A DNA stretch of 64,000 nucleotides from Pocillopora damicornis. Lineage: Eukaryota. Where the stretch lies: assembly GCF_003704095.1 (NCBI RefSeq), contig NW_020846904.1, positions 62,001-126,000 of the forward strand, in the 5' to 3' direction. Below are positions 36,958 to 51,831 of this stretch, one piece after another. Numbering within the stretch: position 1 is the stretch's first letter; the number at the start of each line of letters is the position of its first letter. The notes below the pieces were generated by a model that searched no databases, was not told where the DNA came from, and saw nothing but the letters and a program-made list of their open reading frames with translations. The position numbers and the translations under genes were made by a program.

Positions 36958-39274
36958 ATCTCTACCAAGCATCTCATTTCCCCCTTTCTTATTACTTTTT
37001 ATTACTTTGAACAGCATGCCAGCTCAAGAGGTCAGCCTAGACGAAGCCAGAGGATTAGAAAGCCACGTACTCTTCCTGTTGTTCCAAATGCATCGTATGA
37101 GTGTTAGTTTAGGACAAGGATATGTTGTCCTGTGTAAAAAACCTCTTGCATGTCATGTTGGTGTATATATTTTAATTAAATGCTTTTTGGGGCTTTGGCA
37201 AAAATTATCCATTTTGTTGGCTTTTTCTTTTGTTCCTTCATTTGAAATTTGCTTCTGAGTAAAGTCAAGATGAAGCAAAGTTGTTATTAATTGTATTTCC
37301 CAAATATTTCAAAATTGCTTTTCTAAGCAATGGAAAGTAGATTGTGTTTTCAGTAGTATAATTTTGCTGTATTCTCAAATACCAATATTGGTTCATAATT
37401 TTCCTGAGGACATTTTAACATATGAACTAGTATATGTATACCTGATTACCAATTTGATTACTATCCATAGATTTTTATCATATTTAGTCTCATTTCTTAG
37501 CTTACTGAAACAATGTTTAAGACATTCTGTCAAGTCTGTATCAACCCACCCCCTTCTTTGTCATGAGCTACCTTCTTTGTGAAGAAAATTCACTTACCCT
37601 GTCTTTCTTATAAACTTCTCTCTTCCTCCACTTGTTTTCTAACCAGGAAAGGGGCTATTTAAGGGGGTTTTTGTATTATAATAAAGATTGGTAAAATATT
37701 TGTAATTGGATAGGAGATCTTAGAGTATTGTAGTCTGATTGGTCAAGGATGTTGTCATTTCTGGCCATAACCACCCAGTGTGAGCTGATTGTAATACCAA
37801 AGCAATTATCTATATAAGGAGAAAAAAAGGGGAAATGCAATTGCACTAATTATCACTTGTCAATGAGTACTTATACTGAATGAACAATTTATTCTCCCCA
37901 GAACCCTGTTCATTTTGTCTGAGGGATTATTGGACAGTATTCACTTTGCATTCAGCAATTGATATTGTTTAATGCCTGATTGTTGCTTCCTTCAGTGCAG
38001 GACTTCTTTCCTGTCTTTACAAACCATTCCTGTCACCCCTCTGTGACCAAGATTCCTAAATCCTAGTCCTTATATTACTTCTGAAATCTTTTAGTAGTGT
38101 ACTTATTTATGTGGTTTTGATTTTTGTCCTGATAACAATGTTCTTATTTATATTTAAATGTGTTAACAATGCAAAAGATAACTGGCTAAAAAGTAAAACT
38201 TTATGTCATGGAATGTAAAAATAGTCACTTTTTTTTTTCAACATTGCTTCTAGGTAATTACAATTCACAATAACAGATTAAACCACTATGTTAATGTTGG
38301 GCTGTACATTTATCTGTCTATTCTTCCTGTTAGGTCATTTATAACCTTTATCATACCCCACCTGTTCGTCCTCTTAGTAGTAGATGTCTTGTATGTATTT
38401 ATGAATCAAGGTTCAAATTTTGAACTTTCCTGAGGCATGTGGGCAGGCTCGTGCACAAACCCCATACTAACCAAGTTTGAAGTCTGTGCTGTAAGTTACA
38501 GTCACATTCTTTTCTGCTTGGATTTAGAGCCCAAGCACTGAAGCCCAGGCCACAATTCCAAATTAAAGAAAACAAAAAGGGTCTGTAACTAGTATGAAAC
38601 AAGGTTTGAAAGGTATTTTATTACATCACTGGGTCCAAATAAAGGGAAAATATTTCAATTAAAACAAACTTTTGAATTAAGCAGCTGTGCAGCATAGTGC
38701 AGCTTGCCTAATTGACCAATTGTAGTGCACATACTAATTGAGAGAGAGATTGGGTAGAATCCTATTTCTGAAGGGTTCTATAACAAAGGTCTTGAAACTA
38801 AAACATTCATTGTTTTGTCTCCCACTGTGACAAATAGACAGTAATCTTATTTTATTGACAAAAGAAATATCAAACCAAATCTAGAAGACAACAATATATC
38901 CAGTTTTACAGCATTTCTGAAAAGTCTCTATAATAACACTATAATTTTACAGATACCATTACATACACTTGAACAGTCATCTACATGAGACAAAATCCAC
39001 CATTTCAGCAACAATTCTTTCAACAAAAGTAGACACCAAAATTGTTTGTATTGCAACAAGGGAGAACAAGTTGCCCTTTTTACTACTAATGGTATTATAC
39101 AGAACTTTTAAGATTTACCATTGTACATGTTTAGATCATTAAACCGTGACATTTAAAAAACCAACAACTGCTATTAGACTTATTAACTATGAACAACAGG
39201 TTCCTAAAGTGCTATGAAGAAATGCAAGTTAAACTAATGTGAAATGTTGACACAGCACATGCAAAGTGAGTGAA

Positions 39275-42200
39275 TCATTTGAGGAACACATCATCAGCAT
39301 CATTGCTTGAAACATTTTCTTTTCCATTGCTGTCATTGTCCTCTGAATCTATCACAGACTTGACCATTTTATTAACATTTGTCTTGCTTTTTCTACACAA
39401 GAAAGAAAGTGAGACATCAGAACAAAACAACTTGAACATATATTTCACATTTTACCACCCATTACTATTATGTTTTACAAACGTCTAAATTACAAAGTAA
39501 ATGTTTCTCAAGTGAATTTCTTTGGGTAAAAAAACATTCTATGCCATACCTGCTTGATCTTGTTTGCCGAGCTGGTGTTTCCTCACCCAAAGCAACAGGG
39601 CTGTTTTTAAAATGGGTAACAAAATGTTTAGGAAATTGAGAAGTCTAATTGGTTTATAATGGACTGGTCTGTCTCTAATGAAGGAGTTAAAAAATCTTCC
39701 AATTTAAGAAGTAGCAGAAACATTGGCACTGAAAAAAGCAAATGCATTTGAAATTACAAAATTTGTTAGCTCAGAAAAAAACTATAAAATAATTTAATTT
39801 ATGAAAAATGCCTGTTTTACACATTCAGTTTGATTATTTACCTTATTAACCAAGCTGTGAAAGAGTGAAAATTAAAGTTGAATTGTTGTAAAAGCGACCC
39901 ATTTATTAAGAGTGTTTTCACCCAGTGCTAGGGACCCATCATATCACTGCTTTTCATACCTAAGCTCTTTATCCCTGGCAACTGACTTTGACCCTACTTG
40001 CTTCTTACTCTTTCTTCTTGATTTAATTTCTTTTGGTTTGTTGTCAGCTTGGTTTTCATTCAGGACTTCAGAGTTTTTGTCTGCAAATATAAGAAATTGG
40101 TGTGATATGGATGAGAGGATTGATAGAAAGAACTTCAAACTGATTTGGGAAAGATATGACAAGAACTGGGACACAGTGCTTGCAAGATTAAAGATTCCAA
40201 GCCCTTGTTCAAAATAATTCTAACCAAGCTTGGCAAAGGAAAAATGAACAAAAACAGTTTTTCAGATTATGTCAAAACCTACCACCCATGGTGTCTGTAT
40301 CCTCTGTGTTGCATTTTGCTTGTTCCTGAAGTACACAGGTATTTTCCTCTAATCTTTGCCAAGTGTCTATGTCATCAACAGTAGCTTTCTCATTAATAGT
40401 ACCTTCATTGGGTTCCTCTGTTTTCTCTGCATTTTCCTGATTGCCATTGTCTAATTCAGTCTCTGAGACACTATCTATAACCAGATGATTTCCATTTTTA
40501 AGCTAGCAGGACCCCCATTAAGTCTTTAAATGCTAAATATGTGACTATCAGTTCCTTTTGGCAAATGCCATGCACTTCCTTGTAAATCAGAGAGGAAAAT
40601 TATTTTGGTGTCATGTAAGATATATTACCAGCTAGTTTTTGTTCTCATCTTGTCTATGCACATCACCTACTTGTCAATTTACCAATACGCATGGAAATTA
40701 GCATTATTAGATAATCTTCTTTTGCTCTTTTTGTCTATCGACAATTAAATCTATGGACAAATCTTGTATTAATAATAAGCAATAATAATTCAATGTGTTT
40801 AGAGTCATTTACATGTAGATGCCAAAGAAAATTCATGGGATTCAGAAACAAAACTTATTCATCCATGCAGCCATCCAAACTATAGATAGCTCCTGTTTTA
40901 AGTCCAGGTTTATTCTAACCAATCTCCTTATCTGTGAGAGTTTCCAGCATTTTATTTAACTTGCTCAATGATTTCAGGGACATATTCTCTTCAATTTCCT
41001 GGAAAATAGATAAAAATAATGAGTAGCATTTAAAATATTGGGAAAAGGAATCTAAATGTTCTGAATTAACACATGCATACAAACAGGTATCAAGGCTTGA
41101 GATGTATAGTCTGTCGTGTCAGGAAAACTGTGAGACACTACAATAAATACACAACTAAAATTTACATTACTGACACTAAAATTGTGAAAGTATTGAGATG
41201 AGACTTCTTAAACCCATTACCTCCCAGAAGAGATTGACATTTTACTTCTCCTTATAATATCCATACAGCAAACAGGCCATGAGAATACTCAAACTTTTTT
41301 AGACATTGTTATCTTGATCTAACACCAAATTCTCCTAACTAATTTACATGGAAATGTAAATCATCTAGAGGGAAGAATTAACAATCAGATCTTGAACTTG
41401 TCCCTCTCTAATGTTGAAAAAAAAAACTGATCGCCAGATCACCAATAGTCCCTTAAAAGGAAACTGAAACCACTTTTCTCCTTAAGTAGCCCAACTTATT
41501 CTGTAAAGCCATGGCTACATGAAGAGTGCATTTTAAAATCTTAACATGACAGCTTGTATTGTAATTGAGACAATCTGCTAGCTGAGAATACCAGGGTGTT
41601 ACATCAGTAGAGTTAAGTTTTTGTGACACCAGTAAAAAAATTGTGGGCTGAACATGATTGCACATTCACAAATACAAAGATACACACATCATGTTTACCT
41701 CCATCAGCCTTCCTGTAAGGACTTTAATTTCCTTGACTGTGGACTGTGTACAGCCAGTCAAGTCCATCATAGTCAGTACCTTGCACAGAACTCGCACACC
41801 GGGAGCATCAGGACAAGACAAAATCTCATTAGCAATTGCAATGCTGAGAGAAGCATGAATGCTGTATGCCTACATCAAGAAAAAGAAAATATCATATACA
41901 TGAAGGCAACAGTACTATTCCTTGATGAAGTTTCTTACCAATTTCCTACTCCATCTATTGATCTACTGTCATTGAGAATATATTGGTCAATAGTAGATCT
42001 GTTTCTCGGTCAATGATGGCTTTTTATATGGGTAGATTATCTGTCACTAACTGACCAACTACTGGCCAAATGTAAGAGGAGTGTTGCCCGGCCATAAATT
42101 GATTGTCACTTCACTGTTGTGCAACTATGGCTCACAGATCAGCTTGAGCTATACCTGTGACTTGCAAATTATACACATGCAAGGTTACAAAAGAGTCAGT

Positions 42201-45200
42201 ACACCTTTTAAATTTCAGATTGGACAGAAAGAAATTTGCTTCAAGTGAGCTTTCCTGTTAACCTATGCTCCTGTGGGTACTTTCCTACAACAGAATGTTA
42301 ACAACTACATCGCTTAGTTGAGGTTGGGTGCCTGAAACATCCAGGAGCTTCCATTATTGGCAGCCAGATACTAGATGGAGACTTCTCCCATGGTTGACGA
42401 GAGCTAAAAGTGTATGTTATGATCAACAAAAAACCATACAAACTCTAAAAATTTAAAGATACGTATTCAATTAGCTCACCAGCTAAATGCTTCAGTGGCA
42501 GGACATGTCTCAAGTAAATCATTTATATTTCTGTCAGTGAGCATTGATTAAATCTAGCCTCATTAGAAGGATCTAGTATTGATTATTTCCATAAAGTTTA
42601 GGACAGGAAAGGGAAACATGCCACCGTCACACTGAATAAACAGTGGAAAGAGGAAGAGAAGGGATGGAGAACATTGCCTGGACGATGAACTGCCACTCCT
42701 CACAACGCTGCAAGTTCACACTCAAAGCACATGCAAGAATGCATGCACTGCTGACTTCTAGAAAATACTGATGCTCTTTGTTGTTAACTCCATTAAGCCT
42801 TTTGCCTTATTCCAATGGGTCTTGTTTCATCTACATTGAGTCTAGTCTCATTAAAGCTGGTCACAAAGCTTAGATGCTAGCATAACTCTCAGTCCAAAAT
42901 GTTTGTTGTCATACAATCTCTAGCTCTGCTGGGGCTCAAATAGTGAGGAAGAAACTACTTATAGGCAGTGAATAAAAAAAACAATTTTTTTTTTACCTCA
43001 TTGGCATCAACATGTGATTTTTCTTTCTTTTCCAAGTATTTTCCATTTGTTAAATCCACCAGCAACTCTGCCACATTATTGATGTTAACTGATGCCAGAG
43101 GAGATGACATAGGGGCACTAAATAATGTCTTCAGTGTGGGAAAGAATGCCTCTTCAATCAGCTCCTGATTCATGCTGAAAAAAAAAAAAAGTCAGACTAT
43201 ATGAGTAATGAAGTCAACCAAACCCTCTATTTTTGATATTTGAGTTATTAACTGGTCACATACAGTTTATGAGTGGATGTGCCTATGCAGTGTTCTCCCT
43301 TATTTACGTACAATACAAAAAAATTAAAACTGGCAGAGTAGTCCTTTTACCTGTTGAATTTTCAAGAATTCCAAGCGCTTTTAGGCAGTAATAAGAGGTA
43401 CTTCAGGCAGCAAATTTTACTGGTTACTGCCCAGAAAGGAAAACACTGCCTAAGTGTTATGAAGGTTAGCCTGGATAAGGCATAGTTAGTATTATCTGTA
43501 ATTATTATTGTAAGCTCTGAGGCCTTTATACTTTGCAACAATTGAAATTGGCAGAAAAATTTGCTTTTTTCTTTAGTTTGCATTGTGAAGCCTATTGGCT
43601 AACAAAGCCAGCAGCAAGCAGCAAGCTACAAGCTTGTTCAAAATATCCTACCACTCTAAAAATGAGATGCAAATTTCTTTAGAAAATTGAGCACCTTGAC
43701 TTACCGTGAAGCAAAGGCAAAAACTGGGAAAAAGACACCCAAGCAGTGCCGCAGGTTTACATCATCCTCAGTGGTAGGGTTGTACCACAGCAACAGAAGT
43801 CGTGAAAAAAGTTTGGCACTCAGAACACGACCTGAGAGCAACAACTTGGCCAATCCTTCAGCAGCCACATTCCTAAGGTCATTGCTCTAAAATTATAACA
43901 TTTTTTGGAATGGATAAATCAATTTAAGAAATACAATATACATGTAGATCAAATATGTGATTGTGCTTGCTGGGGAAAGAGACAACCAGAGATGAGAGAA
44001 CTGAAAACCCATAGACAAGTAAGTGAAGATTAAAACTGGATCTCTTTAAACAAAAAACTACAGTGTAAAGAATGGGAAAATTAACCTCGCTCTCTAGAAT
44101 TCCAGTAAGTATTGTAAGCACACTTGCAGCAGTGTCCGTATCTCGAGCCTCGGTCTCTTCCACATCTTCATCCTCTTTCTTTTCTGTGACATCTTCACCT
44201 CCTTCATTTTCATCATTTTCATTGTCTGATTTGTCCTGTTCTGAGTCAGAGGAAGGGGGGTCATCCCCCTCATCATGGACTGAAGTATTGACTTTGAAAG
44301 CCTCAAGACCAAACTTTAGAAGAAGATCAAAAACAACCTGAAGGGCAGTTGTGCGAACAAGCTCTTGGTCTAGTTGGGCCACCTGATATAAAATCAATGA
44401 TGTTCAGCAGTCATGTTATTATTTTGGTAAGTGAACTGCAGGAATGATATCTTGTAAAGAAATTGTTACCTGAAGAAAAAGTACAAGATGTGTGCGGGCA
44501 AATTCACAAGAAAGGAGGGCACACAAACCCAAGCATTTGATAGCCATGTTACGCACTAAGGGATCTTCATTCTGAACACCAGGCAGAATCTGTAGGAAAC
44601 GAAAGGACTGAGTCAGTTCTACATAATTTTTTTAGGAACAGCCCCTTAAAAATATATGGAAATTTTGTTGCACGACCTGGAAAAGGTTCTATAGTCCAGG
44701 ACTAGTCAGGACAAGGGGTCCCTTTGTTTTGGTATACCATTGCAAAAAAATAAAGCTTAAGAGAACTCACTCACTCTTAAGCGACACATCAAAGACATCA
44801 AATTACCAAACAACCACCTGTCAACCATCAATTGCTGGAAGGTTAGGGTAGCAATTACTTTGTATTTCAAATTCCTCAACTGGTAGAACTGACCTTACTG
44901 TATTTCATATGCCTTAGTGTGGCACTAGATTTACCCTATATGAAACTGGCTGTTGAATAAGTTGAGACTAAGAGCACTTAGAAACAATTCAGTTAATGAA
45001 AGGTGTGCAAATTACCAGAGTTTGAACCAAAGTGGTTAGTGTTGGATTCAGTCCACTTGTTGCCACACCCTGCAGCATCTCAGATGCAATGGTTAAACAC
45101 TTCAATAACGTATCAGGATCATCCTTGCAGATGAAAAGAAAATTGCAATTGTATAACATTCACTGCTGAGCAGCTGTACATTTATATAAACTAAAGTTGC

Positions 45201-48200
45201 AATCTTCTTTGTTGTTGGAAATCACTGTAATGCAAGTCAACAATTTTGTCAATAATTTTGTGTTGCATCTATTGAGTTTGAATAGGGTCTGCAGTGCTTA
45301 AAATAATTTCCTGTTTGGTAACAGTCAAGTTGTGCAATCACACCTCTTTTTTACTTGGACACAACCCAATGTCCTTTAAGTCATATCTAAATAGATTCCA
45401 CCCCACCCTCCCTTATAAAATTAGTGTATTTACCACTCTTTTGTTGTACATGCAGCCTCAAACTCAATGCATGAAAAGTGATACAGCCACACTTAGACTC
45501 TGACCTTCCCTTGGAATAAAATTCTTATTTACATCAGTAAGCAACTGGACAAAGTGTCTGGCCAACAAAGGGTTTACCAGACAAAACCTATATTTGACCT
45601 GACATTGTCCATTGACCAGCCATTGTTCTGAGCCCTAGTCTATGAGCCTGAAGGGCAGCAGTTTAAGAGGTGGGGTTCAGAAGGCTGAGACCTCCAGGGA
45701 TGACAAGTTCAGTAACAGGAGAGTCAGAAGCAAAAATGGTCTGCCTGGTGACTGTCCTCCTGCTAAAGCTGTGTTGAAATCATATTTTGTAGTGCTGTAA
45801 TTTCCGGCCATTTACCTGTGGGTAATCTATTGATTTTGCATTAAATGCACGCCACTGCAGGTAGTAGGGAGGTGTGGGTTATGAGACAATTTTAAAATCT
45901 ACTGGAAATCGATATACACCCACCCCACCCCACCACTCCCTCACGCATCCATTCTAAACAATACATGTACATCTATCAAGATATCTTCACATTAAGATTA
46001 CCTTTTCTTCCCTAATAGTCTGGGAAAAGGAGTTCTCTTGTGAATCAAGTATTTCTTTCTGTTCTTCCAGATCTGTAATTTGCTGTTTGAGTTCAGCTGC
46101 CTTAGCAAAATCCTGGTTTGTCACACACTGTTCCATTTCATCACGGTACTGATTAAGTTTAACACTGATTCCAGCAACCTAAAAGTATGGTTACAATCCA
46201 GTGAAGCATTAGCAAACTGTCATTATCTTAAAACTCCAAGGCACACCATGTCTGATCACCACCATACCTCCCCTTCCCTTTAATTTTTCAGTCTGCCAAA
46301 AACTTCTACACCTTGGCACAGAGGGAAAACAAAGGGAAAGCCTACAACTGAACACTGAGATCTTGATTCGATACAGCCATGTTTGTATTTCAAGGATCCT
46401 GTAAACAGATGTTTAAGAGTATCCTATATGTACTACCCCAGCAGTCCTGTTGGATGTACCATTACCTTAAGTTCCCATACTCGTTTTTCTTCCTTGTTTT
46501 GAGGAGTCTCAATCATCACAATAGGTTGTCGAACATCAGCAATAATCTCAACAAGCTCCTGGATTCTACTGCTTTCTTCTGGTTGAACACCTACATATCT
46601 GTCATGTAGGACATCCACCAATGACTCCTGGATCTCCATGTGTACCAACAAGTCATGGATCATCTGGCAAAGATTCTTTCTGCAAAAATATGTACAAAAC
46701 TTTTTAATAACAACCAAAGCAAGGACAAGAGCTGCTACATGCAAGAATCCACAGATGTAAAAAACAAGGTGCATTCATTTGATCAGGAAATATCTAAAAA
46801 CCTTCTGGGAAATGTGATTTGGCTCTGACAACAGTAGTTGGTGCTGACCAGGAATTAAATCCAGAATTTATCTTTTATGTTGATGAAGACAAATAGATAT
46901 CATAATGGAACTAAAAAAGCCTACTTAAGGGCATGATTGGGAAATCGATCTCTTACAAAGAGATAGGGAACAAGGACATTTACTTCTTCATCAATGACAT
47001 TATTTGTTTAACCCTTTACAACCTAACACAAATAATCACATTCTCCGCACTCTAATATCACCACATTTTCTATGGTAATGAAAATAAGCCAGAGAATTTT
47101 TTTGGCAAGAGGGAACTTCATAAATTGGTGATTATTTCTATTATTCTTGTGACCTTTATAGTTTATTCAAGGGTGATGCTGTATGGAGAAATTAGAACAC
47201 AGTCACTCCTACTAGTTCAAGGGTTAAAGCAAACAGCTACAGGAGACAAAACAGCTGTTCCCTTCTTGTTAAAAACTGAATTAATTTTTAGGCTTCTTCT
47301 CTGCAATTGCTAAAATTGCAGCTTATCTGCATGGATCATAGCTTTATTTGATATTTTTACTTTACTATATATATACCTTCCAACTTCATCAGAGAGGTCC
47401 ATTACTCCCACAAGAATCAAAAGTTGCCTGGTGATAAAGTTCTGTTGACTTCCTGAATGATAAGACTCTTCTGAAGATATTCTGGACAAACAGTTGTCAA
47501 CATACCTGTCAATACAGAATGATACTTCAGTGTTTAGTCTTAAAGGTGTGTCCGCAAGCATGTTCTGGTTTCTTTATACCATATAGCCACTAAGAACATT
47601 GCCAATGTCCTTGAATGGGATGCAAGACTTATTTAGAGCATATTTCCTTGACAATTTCTGATACCCATTTATTCCCTCCTTTGTGGGGAAAGACACCGAG
47701 AGGGTTTTCTTTCAACAACACAGGAAAGTGACCAGGCCCAAGATCAAACCTAAAAATATAGGTCTTGCCCGAGAGTCCAATATACTTACATGTATTGCTG
47801 AACCATTGTGTTTCCAAAAAGCCCACAAATTAAACAACAATAACACTAAAAAAAGTAGAAAGATTTCTGTGCAACTTGAGAAAACAATATTGCACATCAT
47901 AATACATTAATTTTATTTTCCAAGATCAAGATATTCATACCCTTGAATGTATTTGCAAAATACTGATACTTCAGGTAGAAGTTCATCCAAAAGTGCTTCA
48001 CCATTCACCCCCATGAACTTCAAATGTTCTCCAAGACATCTCCAATAAAATGCTGTCTCAGCATCTAGATTTTCATAGCTAATTTTTGCAGGGCCTTCTT
48101 CTTGTTGTCCTTTCTTTAAAGAATCAATGTAACCTTGAAGGTCTTCCTTTGGTAATCCTACAATAAGTAAAATATAATAATTTCAAATTCTACATCTGTG

Positions 48201-50065
48201 TACCTATCTCAGTGGTAGGGTACAAATGAAACCCAAATAAAATCAAAGTATATGTATATGTATATATACATACCATTCAGCAATGTCTTTAAAGCCAGTT
48301 CTGCAACCTCTGTGCATCCATCAACATCTAAGCATTTCAGAAGTTTGACCACATCCCCATCAAAATTGTTCAACCACTGTCCAAGAAGCTCCTTTGCACA
48401 AACTTCCTTAATGGCCTCTGATCTGTCATGCAAGCCATTGGAAAGCAGTTGCACACGCTGGGCAATTGTAAATGATTTTATGTTCACCTTCTCTGCTAGG
48501 ATACGATAAGCTAACTTTCGTACTGATTCTGTCAAATCTTGGGTTCTTCCTGCAGAAAAGATGGCAAGGCACTGGTAGATAATGCTTATTTTAATTCAAA
48601 ATGCCAAATACAAAATATTTTTTGACACACCATTAACATCCTAGTCAAGCTGACCATTAAAAAATACTTTTCAGGCATAATAACTAGAAATAGCAAAGCT
48701 CCTGGAATTTCAAAGATTTATGCAATTATACTAACATAAGGGTAATTGCTATCATCTGAGTCATACAAGTGACCCATGCTCTTGCCTTAGAGGCTTGTGA
48801 AAAAAACATTTTGCAGTTATTTCATTCAGGAAGTGGAAAATAACATTTTTTCTTGGATTTCATGACTATAAAGATTTACCTATTATTCCCTCCAATGTCT
48901 GAGAAGTAAGAGCAACATTCAGGAGCACAGCTCTGCGCACTTCAACACTGGAGTCATTTGACATGAGTTTTAAGTATGTGGATATTACAATGCACTCAGG
49001 ATCTGAGGGGTCCTGGAGCCTGGAAATAGCTGCAACAGCTTGCACTCTCACAGCAGGAAACTTGTCGTGGAGCCGTATCAACATGCTCTCAAATATCCTC
49101 TCTGCCAGATCGTCATCAATAACAGCATCATCACCCATGTTATTCAAGAGCTTGTTGATTAGCTGACAGACACGGAATCTTACAGCTTTGTCTTTAGCAT
49201 CATGCGAGTCCAGCAAGAAAGTGAAGACGGAGTCAAGGAAAACATTGCTGTAATCATCTTCCTCCCCATCACTTCTATTGCCATCCTATTTGTTTAGACA
49301 AGAAACTTTATCAGAGAGAAACCCCAGGTGTCATTTCAGGAGACTCCAAATACATTGCAAAGATTTGGGGTCAAGATCGACCTCAACTCCACTGTATTAA
49401 TAGGAAACTGAATTAACTCCTGCCCACCTGTTCCATTCTCTATTCATCATCATCACCAAAGGTTACAATTATGAACATGTCATGGTGTTCATTAATTAAA
49501 AAGAAAAGAACTAAATTAAATATAATCCGAGAAACAGCAACCTCTCGTGCCAGCTTCAAGGGATCATAACGAATTACTTTGTCTTCACTTGGTGTTCATG
49601 GCATAAGTCTGCGTTCAAATCAAAACATTTTGACTCGAGTAGTACTTTAAAACTAATAGAGGAAGTGGCATAATACAAATATTTTAGATACATAATATAT
49701 ACACAAGCAAATGTATTTATAAAATCTTGCAATCCCCATGCTTCCTCGTGTCCTCTCAGGATTCACTCAGATGTATTTCCCTTTCCAAATTTTTTGACAC
49801 ATATATGTTATACCTGTTCAGTTTGAGAGGTACGATGATCTTTTAGCGTTGCGTACTTGGCCACGAACTCGATGACTCTTTCAACAGCAGGTTCTCTATT
49901 AAAAACAACCATCGCATGTTTCAAATGTAACAAGAAACTTTCCAGAAATTCATCAGGAGAGGACTTGTCGTGGAGCTTTTTCAAATCCGCTAACAGCTTG
50001 TGCTGTTGAAAACTACGCTGAGCTTGTTCAAAAACACTTCTCACGCTATCATACCGTGAAGGCAT
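39275..50065 (-). CDS. NCAPG: Condensin I subunit CAP-G (HEAT repeats), ~1095 aa, 18 exons
   Basis: Motifs REPAVERVIEF, AKDKAVRFRVCQLINKLL, DKFPAVRVQAVAAISRLQDP, DSSVEVRRAVL, VRKLAYRILA and AAEGLAKLLL...LLWYNP. Exons 49814-50065, 48880-49285, 48274-48549, 47941-48157, 47377-47505, 46466-46679, 46002-46178, 45016-45123, 44470-44589, 44086-44382, 43705-43886, 42997-43174, 41699-41869, 40920-40998, 40283-40474, 39960-40080, 39550-39600, 39275-39392 are phase-consistent. Confidence 0.95.
41208..41395. mobile_element. piggyBac-type MITE, second subfamily
   Basis: Collinear with 11040-11243 (CCCAGAAG.GATT..CAT...CAGCAAACAGG...CACCAAATTCTC...CTAATTTACA.GGAAATG). Confidence 0.7.
47008..47227. mobile_element. 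piggyBac-type MITE copy
   Basis: TTAACCCTTT...AAGGGTTAA. Confidence 0.8.
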
Positions 50066-50228
50066 GATGGAAATGTACAAGGGAAGACCTGAAGTGATTG
50101 AAATTAACAACGTGAAAACAAACGTTCGTTCAAAAAATGGCGCCCAAATCTAAACCCAGATTTCTCTCGGACTTTCACGGATCAACTGGACACTAGTAGA
50201 ACCCAGGCTACGACATCACAAAACAAAG
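50066..50228. promoter_or_regulatory. Bidirectional promoter NCAPG/POMK
   Basis: Only 163 bp separate the divergent start codons. The region is CpG-rich and has a CHR-like TTTGAA plus GGCGC on the minus strand, and YY1-like AAAATGGCG and AAGATGGCGG motifs. Confidence 0.75.
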
Positions 50229-51792
50229 ATGGCGGTCAATTGGAAAATCTACTTCATTCCACTTCCTCTTCTGTTATTAACCTATTATTTATTATTTTCT
50301 GGACGAAAAGCAACCAAAAGAAACGATCATCACAAAGGAAGGCAAAGCGGTGCTGAAAGAAATAACGGAAAACCAGAGTGCCCGTCTAATTTTCAGGTAG
50401 TTGACGAAACTTGCGTTCGTTGCCCGCGCGGCCATTTTAGTTTTCGAGGTTGGATTGCGTGTTTACAATGGTTAGATTGTACCAGTATCGCTCTTGACGT
50501 GAGGACTAGACGCAGAATTGGTATTCCAGGTCATTTGAATGCGGTCAAAGAAGTCTATTTGGCGGATTGGCAGGGGTATGATGTGGTGTATAGTAAATGC
50601 GCGAGTGACCTTTATTACGAAGATTGCCTACATGGAATGTATATGGTGGAAGGCCTTCAAAGGAGTGAATTTGTAGTACAGCTCATTGGCATTTGCTATA
50701 ATGACAGTCTAGAGGTGAATTTTGTCAATTTTGTCTTTTAACTCCCGGGTTAGGAGACTTTCTTAACTTTATCTTTGAGGTGACGTAATCACATGGCTAT
50801 GATATGCCTTGACTGTTTACAACGATGTGTTTGAAAAAAATTCCTTTATTTACTCTTCTATCAGTGGAAAAGTGATAAAATTGTTAAATTCCGTCATAAT
50901 TAGAGGTAAAACCTCGGAAAAAATAGACCAAATCATTTTAAATATTTGGAAACAATTTGTGAAGAATTGAACGATTTCCGTTCAGCCTGTTGTATTCTAA
51001 AATGAAGTATTAGTTCCGTAGGTATACTCTTAATTTGGCTTTTTTTATTTTCTATAACTGTATACATAATGAAGTTGGGGTTACATGCAATTTTGTCCTT
51101 TCACCTGTATAACCAGGTATGACCTTTCTCCACGTAATCGGTGACATTATCAATGTTGCATTTTATGGAACTTCTTTTAATCATAAATAATTTTTTTATC
51201 TCTTAAATAGCACCACCCCTCCCCACCCCTCCCCACCCCTCCCCACCCTTCTTTTTAAATCTGGAATGCAACAGAAAACACACTCACACAATTTAGTTTT
51301 GTACAACATATTCTCAGGGTGGAGGAAGAGTTGTGGAGAGATACAGTACCATGATCAAAATGATGCTAGGAACCATAAAATTCTCTAGGAAAGAATATTC
51401 ATGTGACTATCGTGAATATACTAGGAAAATTTACATAATGCGCGGTAAACTTAATAACTTTAAAGTTCAGCTGTTAAAGTTCACTGACCCAACCTCTCAT
51501 CACTAAATAAGCATAACGAACTCGTATCTTCATCCCGACACAGAAACAAAGCGTTGCTACGCAACAGCTGAACTTTAAAGTTTTTAAGTTTACCGCGCAT
51601 TATGTAAATTTTCCTAGTATATACACAATAGTCACATGAATATTCTTTCATTAAATCCCTGAAGAGTGAAGCGATTCACGAAACAGGCTTGTCGGGAAAC
51701 GTAGTTGCGTCCTTTTTTCCTCTCACAATATTTATTCTGCTCTGCTTCAATGTATTGAGCACTGTTCCACGCGAAAATTGACTTGCAGACTT

Positions 51793-51831
<39 letters not shown>

